From positions 1 to 64,000 of IMG/VR virus record IMGVR_UViG_2896054739_000007: 64,000 nt of DNA; one strand, given 5' to 3'. This stretch comes from a virus. Taxonomy: Duplodnaviria; Caudoviricetes. Positions within the stretch are counted from its first letter, which is position 1, and each line of letters begins with the position of its first letter. Both the position numbers and the translations under genes were made by a program. Under the pieces are notes generated by a model, which saw only the letters and a list, made by a program, of their open reading frames with translations, made no database searches and was not told the origin of the DNA. Below, in pieces: positions 21,153-31,076 of the stretch.

Positions 21153-22922
21153 CTACCATTCTTCATCGTCATCTGAATTATTTGTGCTAACTACAACCAC
21201 ATCTTCAATAATTATTTGTGGTGTTCTAACTCCTTTATATTCGTTAATTGATGGTTTTCCTACAATGTCAAAGACAACACTATCATTCTCATCCCATGCA
21301 TTTTGTAGCCAGTCATACAGTTGATTTCCTTCTTTACACTTAAACTGAATATATTTAATCTCATCAATCAAAAAACTGATAGTGTCTTCATTCTTGCCGA
21401 ATATCTCAAATTGTTCTTTTGTAAGGCTGATATTTTCAATGGCAAGCATCGGCTCTTCGATACCTTGTCCAATAATATCTTCAAACCTAGCCAAATCAGT
21501 AATAATTTTTATAGAAACATCATCAATATCCATAATAAAATCAACTCGATAAGTAGAATCATATTCAACATCTTGCAGGATATCATTTAATCTGTTCAAT
21601 GCTTCTTCTTTCTTATCTATTTCTAAGTCAACAATGCCAAAAGCATTAGCATGACCTCTTCCGTCTAAAATGTTAGTGCTGTTTACAATATCTTTAAAAC
21701 TGTCAATAGGACTGTGATCAATATTTCTAGCACTCCCACCATATGTAATCTTTCCTGTTTTTTTATCTAAAAACTTGTTCAGTAAAATACATGGTTTATT
21801 AAACATTTCTGCAATTTTAATAGCAACAACGCCTGTCAAGCCATTATCCAGAATATCAGAAGTATCAATCATAACTACCTTGTCTTCTTTTGAAATGTTC
21901 TGCGCAATCTCTGCAATTTGTGATACACATTTTTCTTTTTGCTTATCTTGTCTACTTTTTGCATTCTTGCAAAGTCTGGCTGCTCTATCATATATACTTT
22001 CCTGTATTGTTTCAGCAGGTTTATCTTTAGTGGCACGTTTCTTATATTCAAAAAACTCATCCTGTTCAATAAATGCTCTAAATAGTAATTCTTTTTCCTC
22101 TGGGGAACCGATTCTAATCATCCCATTTAAGATAGGTGTAATATACCACTGTACGTTATGCACATTGATTTTGCCACTCATACTATAATCCTGTGCATCT
22201 ATAAGAGCTTTAAAACACTTATTTTGAATATTTAATAACCCCATGTCTGTTAAATAGCATGTTTCAAAAGAACGCATATCCATTACATCACTGATATTCG
22301 CCAATGCGCACAAATCTAAATAATCATCTGCAAATTCATTCCAATTTTCTTCATCCAATGCTTGAAGGAAACGATATACAACTCCAGCTCCGCACAAATT
22401 TTTATTGGAATAATCATTGCTCATTTGATTATTGACAATCAGTGCATATGGATTATTTTCTTCCTTTTCATGGTGATCTAAAATCAAAATATCAATACCA
22501 CTCCCAGATAATTCTTTACACCGCTCATTATCATTTGTTCCTGCATCTGGAATAATCAATAACTGTATATCTTTAGGAATGACTACATCGTCTGATAACC
22601 CATGTGCCTTTGCTCTTCCATGCAATATATAACCAACAGGATATTTACTATCCATTTGTTTGATGTATAAATACATCATTGCTGCAGAACAAAATCCGTC
22701 TGGATCTTCATCCACCAATATTCCAATTTTATCTTTTTGATTAAAATGTTTCATAAAGAGATTAACTGCTTCTTCAATATTGTCTAAGTTTTGATATGGC
22801 TCAACGACATTCTCGTCTAAATTCAAATATCTATTATAATCATTTATCCCTCTATTTTTAAGAACTTCCTTTAAAACATTGGAAGTATCATTGTTTCCGT
22901 TTTCATATAATTTGTACTGCAA
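21153..22922 (-). CDS. RecJ-like DHH ssDNA exonuclease
   Basis: DEDPDG, HG, ILDHH, GSAR, GHANAFG. Confidence 0.9.
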   Translation of the reverse strand: MQYKLYENGNNDTSNVLKEVLKNRGINDYNRYLNLDENVVEPYQNLDNIEEAVNLFMKHFNQKDKIGILVDEDPDGFCSAAMMYLYIKQMDSKYPVGYILHGRAKAHGLSDDVVIPKDIQLLIIPDAGTNDNERCKELSGSGIDILILDHHEKEENNPYALIVNNQMSNDYSNKNLCGAGVVYRFLQALDEENWNEFADDYLDLCALANISDVMDMRSFETCYLTDMGLLNIQNKCFKALIDAQDYSMSGKINVHNVQWYITPILNGMIRIGSPEEKELLFRAFIEQDEFFEYKKRATKDKPAETIQESIYDRAARLCKNAKSRQDKQKEKCVSQIAEIAQNISKEDKVVMIDTSDILDNGLTGVVAIKIAEMFNKPCILLNKFLDKKTGKITYGGSARNIDHSPIDSFKDIVNSTNILDGRGHANAFGIVDLEIDKKEEALNRLNDILQDVEYDSTYRVDFIMDIDDVSIKIITDLARFEDIIGQGIEEPMLAIENISLTKEQFEIFGKNEDTISFLIDEIKYIQFKCKEGNQLYDWLQNAWDENDSVVFDIVGKPSINEYKGVRTPQIIIEDVVVVSTNNSDDDEEW

Positions 22923-22934
22923 GTTTGTACCTCT

Positions 22935-23960
22935 CTATCTTAATTTATAAATATTATGTTCTACCATATACTGCCATTTTGTAGGTTTATCCGAAGGTGA
23001 CTCATGATCACCTAAAATATTGTCTTCATCAAACATATAAAAAAGCGGTACTCCATCTGGAAACCTGTCTGCCAATTTCTCTAATTCTTCTTTAGTCACA
23101 TCCTTGTCAAAACAAAGTATAATGTCAATGCCAAGCCTAACCAACATATCAATTTGACATTGTGATAATTCCTTTCCTCCGGTTCCTCCACTATTTCTAT
23201 AACCATAACTCCATAACTGATGTGTAAATTTTTCTGATTCTCCTACATAAATTTTTCCTGATGATTTTATATAATCAATAGTTTTGTATAATCCATAAAT
23301 AATCTTTGATTTTGCACATGGTTCTAAATAAATATATTTGTTCTCACTATCAGGAACCTCTCTATAAAAATACCTACCTTTTATACCAACTAAGTCTCCT
23401 AATTCCGAGCGGATGGGAATTGTGTATCTATTGCTTTCTTCATCAAAACCTATTTCAAATTCTTTTTGGGTAGAATAATCTATGTTGTCTTCACAAAACA
23501 AATCATTGACATATCCCTTATAATAAGAAAGTACATTCTCATTAATTGGTTTTAATGGTTTTTCTTTTTCTATACTTGTATTAGAACACATGTCATCAAT
23601 CATCTTTAAGATTTTAAAACTTTCTGGAATATCTTCTTCAAAATCATGATAATAAGACATTCCAATTTCGTCACATATAAACTGTAGTCCTTTAGGAAAA
23701 GTTAAATCCTTCGTATAGCAAACCAAATCAATAATATCCGTTTTTCTATTGGTTTTAACCATTTGCCTTGTGTAGTTCTGACACATTAAATATTCGCTGT
23801 TATATAGAACAACTGCTCCATTGTTATCTCCTGTTGCGTTTGCACAAGTCCAATAATCATTTGAAGCATGATATTTGATATGGTGGCAACCAATGGATTC
23901 TAGGATTTGCTCAACATATCGGTTTTCATATATGTAATTTTTTAATTCTTTTACATCCAA
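22935..23960 (-). CDS. DNA primase (TOPRIM)
   Basis: TIPIR, GIKGR, KYIY, YGL, GESEK, CFDKD; between helicase and RecJ-like gene. Confidence 0.85.
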   Translation of the reverse strand: MDVKELKNYIYENRYVEQILESIGCHHIKYHASNDYWTCANATGDNNGAVVLYNSEYLMCQNYTRQMVKTNRKTDIIDLVCYTKDLTFPKGLQFICDEIGMSYYHDFEEDIPESFKILKMIDDMCSNTSIEKEKPLKPINENVLSYYKGYVNDLFCEDNIDYSTQKEFEIGFDEESNRYTIPIRSELGDLVGIKGRYFYREVPDSENKYIYLEPCAKSKIIYGLYKTIDYIKSSGKIYVGESEKFTHQLWSYGYRNSGGTGGKELSQCQIDMLVRLGIDIILCFDKDVTKEELEKLADRFPDGVPLFYMFDEDNILGDHESPSDKPTKWQYMVEHNIYKLR

Positions 23961-23975
23961 GTGCCACCCTCCAAA

Positions 23976-25523
23976 TTATTCTGTACTTTTATGTTTTTTA
24001 ATGATATAACCTACATTTCTCCAAATATTAAAATTGAGATCTATTTCAAATAACATAACTTTGTCTTTACTGCCAGCCCTGTTTTTATCAGGTTTAATAC
24101 AAAAATATTGCTTTTTTAAGTCTAAATCTTCTGTAATTGGTTCTCCCCAGCTATCATTTTCTGCGACCATTTGATATTTGTGATATTCATCTTTATTCAG
24201 CTTTTTCCCAATATTTAAGATGTCAGCAACGTGCTTTATCTGTTTAGCATTTGCAATATTGTTACTGCTTAGACTAAAAATATCTGTAAACACAGTATCA
24301 TCACTTAACTGGAACACTGCATAACCACTCATTCTTAATTCTTTTGTCAATTCTTTCAGTCTAGTAGCAAACTGTTTTATTTGTGACCAATCATCTGTGT
24401 TATATCCTTTTAATGTGTCATATCCATAATATTTGATGTTTTGAACCATCTTTGCTTTACGCAATTCAAACTCAATCTGCTCTGGACTGTAATCATTACC
24501 AACATCTTTAAATAGCACTTTACCTTTGCGGTCAGAACTGTCAATCCATTCCGTTACAGTTTTTACTTGCCAATATTCATCTGATTCTGCCTGGACTCTT
24601 TTTATATATTCTTCATTAGATTCTGTGTAGATACCAAAATCATCTATTTTTCTTCTGATGATTTCTCCCTTTTTGTCGTGATATACACCAAGAACAATTT
24701 CCTTTTCTGGCTTTTCAAGCACTACACCATGTAAATCCTGAAATTCCTTATTGTTAATAACAGTAGTAATCAAACAACTACGCAAATCTTCCTCATCCAT
24801 TTCATTACTCATAAGGAAAAAGTTTTCGTTCTGCACAAGTGCAACATATGCTGCCAATAATACCAGTTTTCTTGTTTTACCTTCATTCGATAAGAAACCC
24901 TCAAATAATAATTTTGTATCTCTCATACCAAGAAAATACTCATTATACATGTACCACGGGAAAGGTAACCCGAAATTAGGTTTTTCAAGATACTTATCAA
25001 TCTGTACTGTATTATTATCTGTAAGCTCTACTGCCTCCTCTCCTGCGTTTATAACTGTATGAATCTTGTCTGCTTTTGTACGGATGATCCTATATATATC
25101 ATTTGGTGACATCTTATCGAAATTTTTATGAGCTAATATCTTTTCGACAGGAAAACCATTTCTTCCATATTCCCTTACAAGAGAATACTTTTTAACTGTA
25201 TCAAAATAGTTTTTACAGTCATTTTCATCAGCCAAATTCATATATTGCTGTATAGTTTTCCAGCCTTTATATTGCTTATATGTACTTAATCTTTCTGGAT
25301 TTTGGCTCATGAAGACATTCATCTTTGTCTCATCTACTGTCTGTGAAAAAGTCAGATAATACGTTTCAAAACAATCATAAAAGAACTTTACTGCTGGATC
25401 AGAGAAGTCATATTTACTTCTCATAAAATTGCCATAATTAACAAATGAATCAGGGTCTTTTAGTAGTGCGCCCACGAAGCATATCTCAGCTTGGATATTT
25501 GCAGCACTATGTTCTTCTGCCAA
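23976..25523 (-). CDS. DnaB-like replicative helicase
   Basis: SNEGKTR Walker A variant, SNEM, YDTLK, FQL, KNRAG. Confidence 0.85.
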   Translation of the reverse strand: MAEEHSAANIQAEICFVGALLKDPDSFVNYGNFMRSKYDFSDPAVKFFYDCFETYYLTFSQTVDETKMNVFMSQNPERLSTYKQYKGWKTIQQYMNLADENDCKNYFDTVKKYSLVREYGRNGFPVEKILAHKNFDKMSPNDIYRIIRTKADKIHTVINAGEEAVELTDNNTVQIDKYLEKPNFGLPFPWYMYNEYFLGMRDTKLLFEGFLSNEGKTRKLVLLAAYVALVQNENFFLMSNEMDEEDLRSCLITTVINNKEFQDLHGVVLEKPEKEIVLGVYHDKKGEIIRRKIDDFGIYTESNEEYIKRVQAESDEYWQVKTVTEWIDSSDRKGKVLFKDVGNDYSPEQIEFELRKAKMVQNIKYYGYDTLKGYNTDDWSQIKQFATRLKELTKELRMSGYAVFQLSDDTVFTDIFSLSSNNIANAKQIKHVADILNIGKKLNKDEYHKYQMVAENDSWGEPITEDLDLKKQYFCIKPDKNRAGSKDKVMLFEIDLNFNIWRNVGYIIKKHKSTE

Positions 25524-25540
25524 TCAATTATCACCACCAA

Positions 25541-26230
25541 TCATCCGAAAATATCATCAACTAAAGCAGATATATCATCTGGATCATTTTTTTCTGGTTT
25601 ATTTGATGTATATCCAATACTTTTACCAACAATATTTTCGCTTTTTTCTATTTCTTTTTCTGCCTCTATAATTCTTTGCTTTTCAAGCCATCTTAAATAG
25701 CTATCATATTTATTAATCAAAATTGACAAGTCATAATTGATACGTTTATCAGAACTCATTACAAGTCCTTTTGTTTTGTTCCTATCTGCAATACCATTTA
25801 ACATATCAATCTTTCTTTTCCACATATCAAGTAAATGCTCTGGTGGTATTCCAACAGACATGCCTTTAAATGTACCATTATATATATCACTTAACTTTTG
25901 CCATACGGTTGTTGGTACAATCGTGACATCATACGAATCCTTTATAAACTCAAATACATTTTCTTTTGTAATAGCTAAGCTTAAATGTTTATAAGATTCT
26001 TTTCTTATTTGATCTAAATGATCCAGAACCCATGTCCATTTCTGCGAAACATCTTCTCTCTTCATTTGTGAGCGTTTGTTGCACATATTGATAAAGCAAC
26101 TACTATGATATGTTTTTTTATCATAGTAGATTGCATCGTCAATATCATTATGGCTTATGTAAAAGTATTCCTCGCAACATCCGCATTTTCTTCTTATTCC
26201 AACATGTTGATTATCTTTTATATACCGCAT
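25541..26230 (-). CDS. Replication protein (Zn-binding N-terminus, possible helicase loader)
   Basis: CGCC...HSSC; position in the SPbeta-like replisome. Confidence 0.55.
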   Translation of the reverse strand: MRYIKDNQHVGIRRKCGCCEEYFYISHNDIDDAIYYDKKTYHSSCFINMCNKRSQMKREDVSQKWTWVLDHLDQIRKESYKHLSLAITKENVFEFIKDSYDVTIVPTTVWQKLSDIYNGTFKGMSVGIPPEHLLDMWKRKIDMLNGIADRNKTKGLVMSSDKRINYDLSILINKYDSYLRWLEKQRIIEAEKEIEKSENIVGKSIGYTSNKPEKNDPDDISALVDDIFG

Positions 26231-26257
26231 TAGTCCACCTTTACATAAGAAAATTGA

Positions 26258-27418
26258 TTACTGAAACATATCGAGAACTTTCTGCAAAACAACCGCATCC
26301 GTAACATTCTTAAATGCCGTAGGAAGTCCTGCCGCTTTCAACTTATCTCCCATCTCCTTCTTATCAACAGGTGACAGCGCATTTTTCTTTGCAATGATTT
26401 CTTTCTTCATTACCTCGATATCGACACCAGAACCATTTTCTTCAGCAGATTCTTCATTTGCTGGTTCACCAACCTTACCAAGAATCTCTTTACTATAAAT
26501 GTCCTGTTCAACATCAACAGCCTTAGTTAAGTCATTCTTAACAACAAATGCCTTTTTATCTGCCGTCTTATCAATGACTGCTTGCCAATCAACAAGAGTA
26601 GGATCTTCAATGATAATATTGTCCTCATGGGTATGTGTCCTATCCTTCTTGACATGGGCGCATACAACACCATCTTCATTTCTAAACATACGAACTTCTG
26701 TCTTGACATTATAGGTCATACCCTTGAATCCATCAGGAATCTTTCTGCCCGTTGTAACACTCATGGTAGAACCATCTGCCTGTTTAATCGTTTCTTTCTC
26801 ATCCGTTTCTCTTGCGGTCACAATGTAATGAACGCCAGATGCCATCAAATCAAGAATCAAGTCCTGTCCCTTAAAGTTGATAGTCTGATAGTCCTTCAGC
26901 TCCATACCGGCTCCCTCGATCTTTACAAGCCGAGCATCACCTACAAGACCATCCTTATCAGCTTTTACCTTATTTCTTTTCTTAGAGAACTCAATCAATC
27001 CCTGTTTTGTTGTCAAGTTCAAAATGCTTGTACCATCAACAACAATTGCGTCTGCCCTAAAAGGCTCACCATCTGCATCTAACAGAACTTCATCGGTTTC
27101 ATCACCAGTCTCTTCATCAAGAACGTATAAGTCTTCATTATTCTTAACCCTTGCAATATACTCTCTTACTTCTCCAAGAGACTGTGTATATACGATATAA
27201 ATATTTTCAAGGTCTACACCGTTTGCTTCCAATTCACCCAAATAATCATCAATAGAACCAGTCTCAGGATCAAGATACAATACCCTAAAGGGCTTACCAT
27301 CTGGGCGTTTGAAATATGCTAACTGCATAGCCATAGTAGATTTACCTGTAAATTGTTCTCCATATAAAATCATTCCTAACTTACTCTGTGTTACTGACGC
27401 TTTTCTTGCCTTTGCCAT
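26258..27418 (-). CDS. AAA ATPase (Sak4/YorG-like)
   Basis: YGEQFTGKST, YLDPETG, IVVDG, KKDRT. Confidence 0.8.
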   Translation of the reverse strand: MAKARKASVTQSKLGMILYGEQFTGKSTMAMQLAYFKRPDGKPFRVLYLDPETGSIDDYLGELEANGVDLENIYIVYTQSLGEVREYIARVKNNEDLYVLDEETGDETDEVLLDADGEPFRADAIVVDGTSILNLTTKQGLIEFSKKRNKVKADKDGLVGDARLVKIEGAGMELKDYQTINFKGQDLILDLMASGVHYIVTARETDEKETIKQADGSTMSVTTGRKIPDGFKGMTYNVKTEVRMFRNEDGVVCAHVKKDRTHTHEDNIIIEDPTLVDWQAVIDKTADKKAFVVKNDLTKAVDVEQDIYSKEILGKVGEPANEESAEENGSGVDIEVMKKEIIAKKNALSPVDKKEMGDKLKAAGLPTAFKNVTDAVVLQKVLDMFQ

Positions 27419-27491
27419 TAAATTACCTCCGAAATTGTAATATTATTAAGTATTGTGGAACGCCATTTCTGACGTTCCGAAGTATTTATCT

Positions 27492-28565
27492 TTACCATGC
27501 CTCATCTTCATCATTTCCAGAGTCCAAATCAGCTTCTCCCCAATTATCACCATCAACATCGCCACCGAAATCATTTTCAGCTTTGTTTGCCTGTACAATC
27601 TTTGACACAGCTTCTGTAACATTTGCTTCCGTATAAAGTTCTTTATCAACAGTAGAACCCTTTGCGTTTGTAATGATAAATTCTCTCTTTGTAGGTGCAA
27701 GAACCTTCTCCATAGATACTTCTTCACCCCAGTTGTCATCATCATCTTCAATCGTTTCTGTCTGTGTAGATGCGACCATATGACCACTAACCTGAATTGC
27801 ATTATATGGCTTTAAGGATTTCTTGAACTTATTTGCCAAATCCTTATTTTCAATAATGAATTCAACATCTTCAATGTTGCTGTATGTAATAACCTTTGCT
27901 GATACAACAAATCTTCCAGTCGGCTTATCATTTCCCTTTTCCTGATCAATACCCATGAATACAATTACCTGGATAAAGTCATTTTGCTGAGTAAAGTTCC
28001 CATCACTGAAATCAATATCTGAGCAAAGTGAAATCTGGTTAGGCACTAACTTAGTAGAAGTCTTCTTGTTGCCGTTATTATCCAAGAAACTACTATAATC
28101 AAGACCACCTCTGATAAATACGCTTGCACCATCTTTCAGATTTTCACTTACTTCTTTACAAGCATCAAAATCTGTCATAACCTTCTTGTCATTCATGGTC
28201 TTACCATTCTCATCTACCTTCTTCTTTACGCCAATGTTCTTACCGATAAGACGAAATCCTTCACGATTATAAGAAAACCTATCTGCCCAAGGAACCTTTG
28301 CAGTTTCAGGCTTATCGCCCTTCTTTTCAGCTTTCTTTGAGAAATACACATTTTCCTGTTCCATACCCTGTAAATTAACATAGAGTGTGCTACCTTCAGC
28401 GTATCCGACTCCAAAGTTAATCATTCTCATATCCTTGTTGCTCTTGGTTTTAATTTCCTTATAAAAGTTCTCCTTCTCTACACCACTAACAACGCCCTTT
28501 AACTGGAATGATCCTTTTGTCTCAGGTAAATCGAATAGTCTTCCTTTTTTCTTTGTTTCTGCCAT
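27492..28565 (-). CDS. Single-stranded DNA-binding protein (YorF-like)
   Basis: Very acidic tail ending DEDEAW; first gene of the replication block. Confidence 0.65.
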   Translation of the reverse strand: MAETKKKGRLFDLPETKGSFQLKGVVSGVEKENFYKEIKTKSNKDMRMINFGVGYAEGSTLYVNLQGMEQENVYFSKKAEKKGDKPETAKVPWADRFSYNREGFRLIGKNIGVKKKVDENGKTMNDKKVMTDFDACKEVSENLKDGASVFIRGGLDYSSFLDNNGNKKTSTKLVPNQISLCSDIDFSDGNFTQQNDFIQVIVFMGIDQEKGNDKPTGRFVVSAKVITYSNIEDVEFIIENKDLANKFKKSLKPYNAIQVSGHMVASTQTETIEDDDDNWGEEVSMEKVLAPTKREFIITNAKGSTVDKELYTEANVTEAVSKIVQANKAENDFGGDVDGDNWGEADLDSGNDEDEAW

Positions 28566-28619
28566 TAAATAAAAATCCTCCTGTAAAATAAAATTATTTA
28601 AATATTTTTGCATCTTATA

Positions 28620-28745
28620 TAACATCAACAGCCTTTTCAGACTGGAACATAGAGATTAAATCCATATAAAATCTATGCTAATCAGTGGTTTATGGCTAAA
28701 TTTGACGTAATTTAACCAAGGGTATGCTGTTCACCACCCAAAACG
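28620..28745 (-). ncRNA. Structured 5' leader of the ssb-like gene
   Basis: Consecutive hairpins GGGTGGTG/CATACCC, TGGTTAAATT/AATTTAGCCA, CATAGA/TCTATG, CAGTCT/AGGCTG. Confidence 0.5.
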
Positions 28746-29587
28746 AATATAACTGTTCAGTTGTTAATATTGGATTTTCTACGGATAACCGTGCGAATTG
28801 TTTACTTGTTACTGTGTGTATTTGATTTATTATTCTATATTTTATCAATTGTAATGCTTATAATAGCTATCTTAATTGACATTTATAAGCTAATTTCTTT
28901 TCTGTCCATCCATCTTTATATTTTATATCACAAGATAAATGAAACTCGTCATATTGTAAATTAGAAATTTCCGCATTCTTTTGAATTGAATTACCAAGCA
29001 TATTAGTTATTGCATGGAAACCTCCAACTGCCAATCCATCATATTCTACAAATGCTTTTATGTAATCTTCCCAGTTATCTACAGAAACCATTCTTGATTG
29101 ATGATCAAACATTTCACCATTCTTGATACTTAAATTTGTTTCTATAACATTTACTTCTATTTTATTTCTGTCAGGATACAAACCTTTATAATATGGTCGA
29201 ATGACTTTCAAAATCAAATCATATAGTTGATTGGTACACATATAAAACTGAAATCTTCTACAATCTGTGTCTCTCAATAATGTTCCAACAATTTCTTGAA
29301 TTAGCCAATCTTTCATCGTCCCTCTATCAAAGAATGAATTGCTTTCCAAATAAATATCAACTAAATTCGGGAAATTTTTTTCTCTTTCCGCAAGTTCATA
29401 TTTATATACTTCTTTGTAAGGAACTCCATATTCATCAACTGAAGAACCAGTTAGAAGTTTAAATACATTGTCCCAACTATTATGTAATATTTGAGACAAT
29501 TTATCCTTATCGTCTTGATTAAGTTTCTCCAATGTCCCACCTCCTCTAAACTCATCCCAATGAAATAAGAATTTCAACCGCTTTTCG

Positions 29588-29635
29588 CATCAATATATAG
29601 TAGTTGTTCTTCCTTTAAATATCTATATATTGTAT
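29588..29635. promoter_or_regulatory. Tandem NrdR-box pair
   Basis: catCAATATATAGtag (29588) and tatCTATATATTGtat (29620), 32 bp apart. Confidence 0.65.
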
Positions 29636-30494
29636 ATATCTTAGATATATGAAAACTGACATTCAGTTCCTCGTAAATACCTGCCGTTGTCCAGTTTAAT
29701 GATAGTTTCGTAGGGTTCTTCTAAATCATCCCTGACAACTGTTCCTAAATGTTTCTTGCTGGTATCATAGTGATAACAAACTGCAACCCTACTTCCTACA
29801 GCTAATTCAGGAAATTTATAATTTTCATCTTTCTGCTTCGGAAATTTATCATAAGTAATTGTACTTACACACCCCATATATTTATTCTCATTTCCTTATG
29901 CCATTTTTACATCATTACAATACCCATCTGTAAACAATTTATCTAAAACAATATTCGGATCTTCATTGGCAGCTTTTACTCTTCTTATAAGTTCTTCAAT
30001 AGATATTTTTTCTTTAATAATTAAATTATTTTTATCATCAATCTCAAACTCTTTGCTGTTTTCAGATACTATCTTTACTGGTTTGTTATTTTCAACCGGA
30101 ATAATGATTATTTTATCTTCCATAAAAACTCCTACTAACAAGTGTGCTTTCTATAACTTTCCTCAATATATATTGGTTGTGCGTCACCATATACAGAACT
30201 TGGCAATTCATTCTTTGCTAATTCATAATGACAAAACCATTTACCATTAACACACTTTAAATCTTCTGATAAATCTACTCCATAAATTATTTTACATTGC
30301 TCAATCCAATCATTATATATTTCTTCTTCTGTAGATCCATGTGCAACTGCATAATAATCCCAACCAGACCATCCTTCAGAACCCATTTCGCAACTTGTAA
30401 CAAGATATACTAAATACGATTTTCTCTGTTTACATCTTTTTTGAAATAAATTTTCGTTTATTACCATTATATTTTCTCCTATGAAAGAACGCTT

Positions 30495-31076
30495 TCAATG
30501 CTCATCAAAATCTACATTATTCAAAATTTGATATAATTCTCTGATTACTTTTGCATCATACAAAGAATTATGCTTGTCACCACTAACTGAACCATCTTTC
30601 CATCTATCCCACAATATTTCTTCTCTTGATTTATCAAATGCTTCAGATTGACTAATTTTATAATACCTTGCAATATCCTGATTTATATCATAGCAGCTTG
30701 CACTCACATTATCTGGTAAATCGAACGCTGTTCCAAATAAATCAATAAGCAAAACCATGTCATAATGACATACATCAGATACTAATTCCACTTTATCAAA
30801 CTGACTAAACCAATTCCCGAGAGCCAATGCAATATCATCCTTTGTTCCAATATGATAGTTAGGAATATATTTTCTATCATTTTCACTTTTTGATTTATAA
30901 AGATTTGCAATGACATTTTCTTCTATCCAATTCCAATTATCTGCATCTGACAATGTTCTTTTATAATCTGTCAACTCTGCATAAAAACATCTTCTATCTT
31001 CTGAAATTAATCCAATACTGATTAATGTTGTATCTTTATGTAGTCCTGTAAATTCTGTATCAAAAAATATTTTCAT
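30495..31076 (-). CDS. DEDDh 3'-5' exonuclease (Rv2179c-like)
   Basis: FFDTEFTG, LISIG, YD, HNSLYDA. Confidence 0.85.
   Translation of the reverse strand: MKIFFDTEFTGLHKDTTLISIGLISEDRRCFYAELTDYKRTLSDADNWNWIEENVIANLYKSKSENDRKYIPNYHIGTKDDIALALGNWFSQFDKVELVSDVCHYDMVLLIDLFGTAFDLPDNVSASCYDINQDIARYYKISQSEAFDKSREEILWDRWKDGSVSGDKHNSLYDAKVIRELYQILNNVDFDEH

Noticed and set aside
3653-25523. Inteins or introns in nrdD, dnaE, recD2 or the helicase
   Set aside because: Lengths are normal and no splicing motifs or insertions were evident
28620-28745. Hammerhead ribozyme
   Set aside because: CTGATTA does not fit the CUGANGA core and the stems are not arranged correctly
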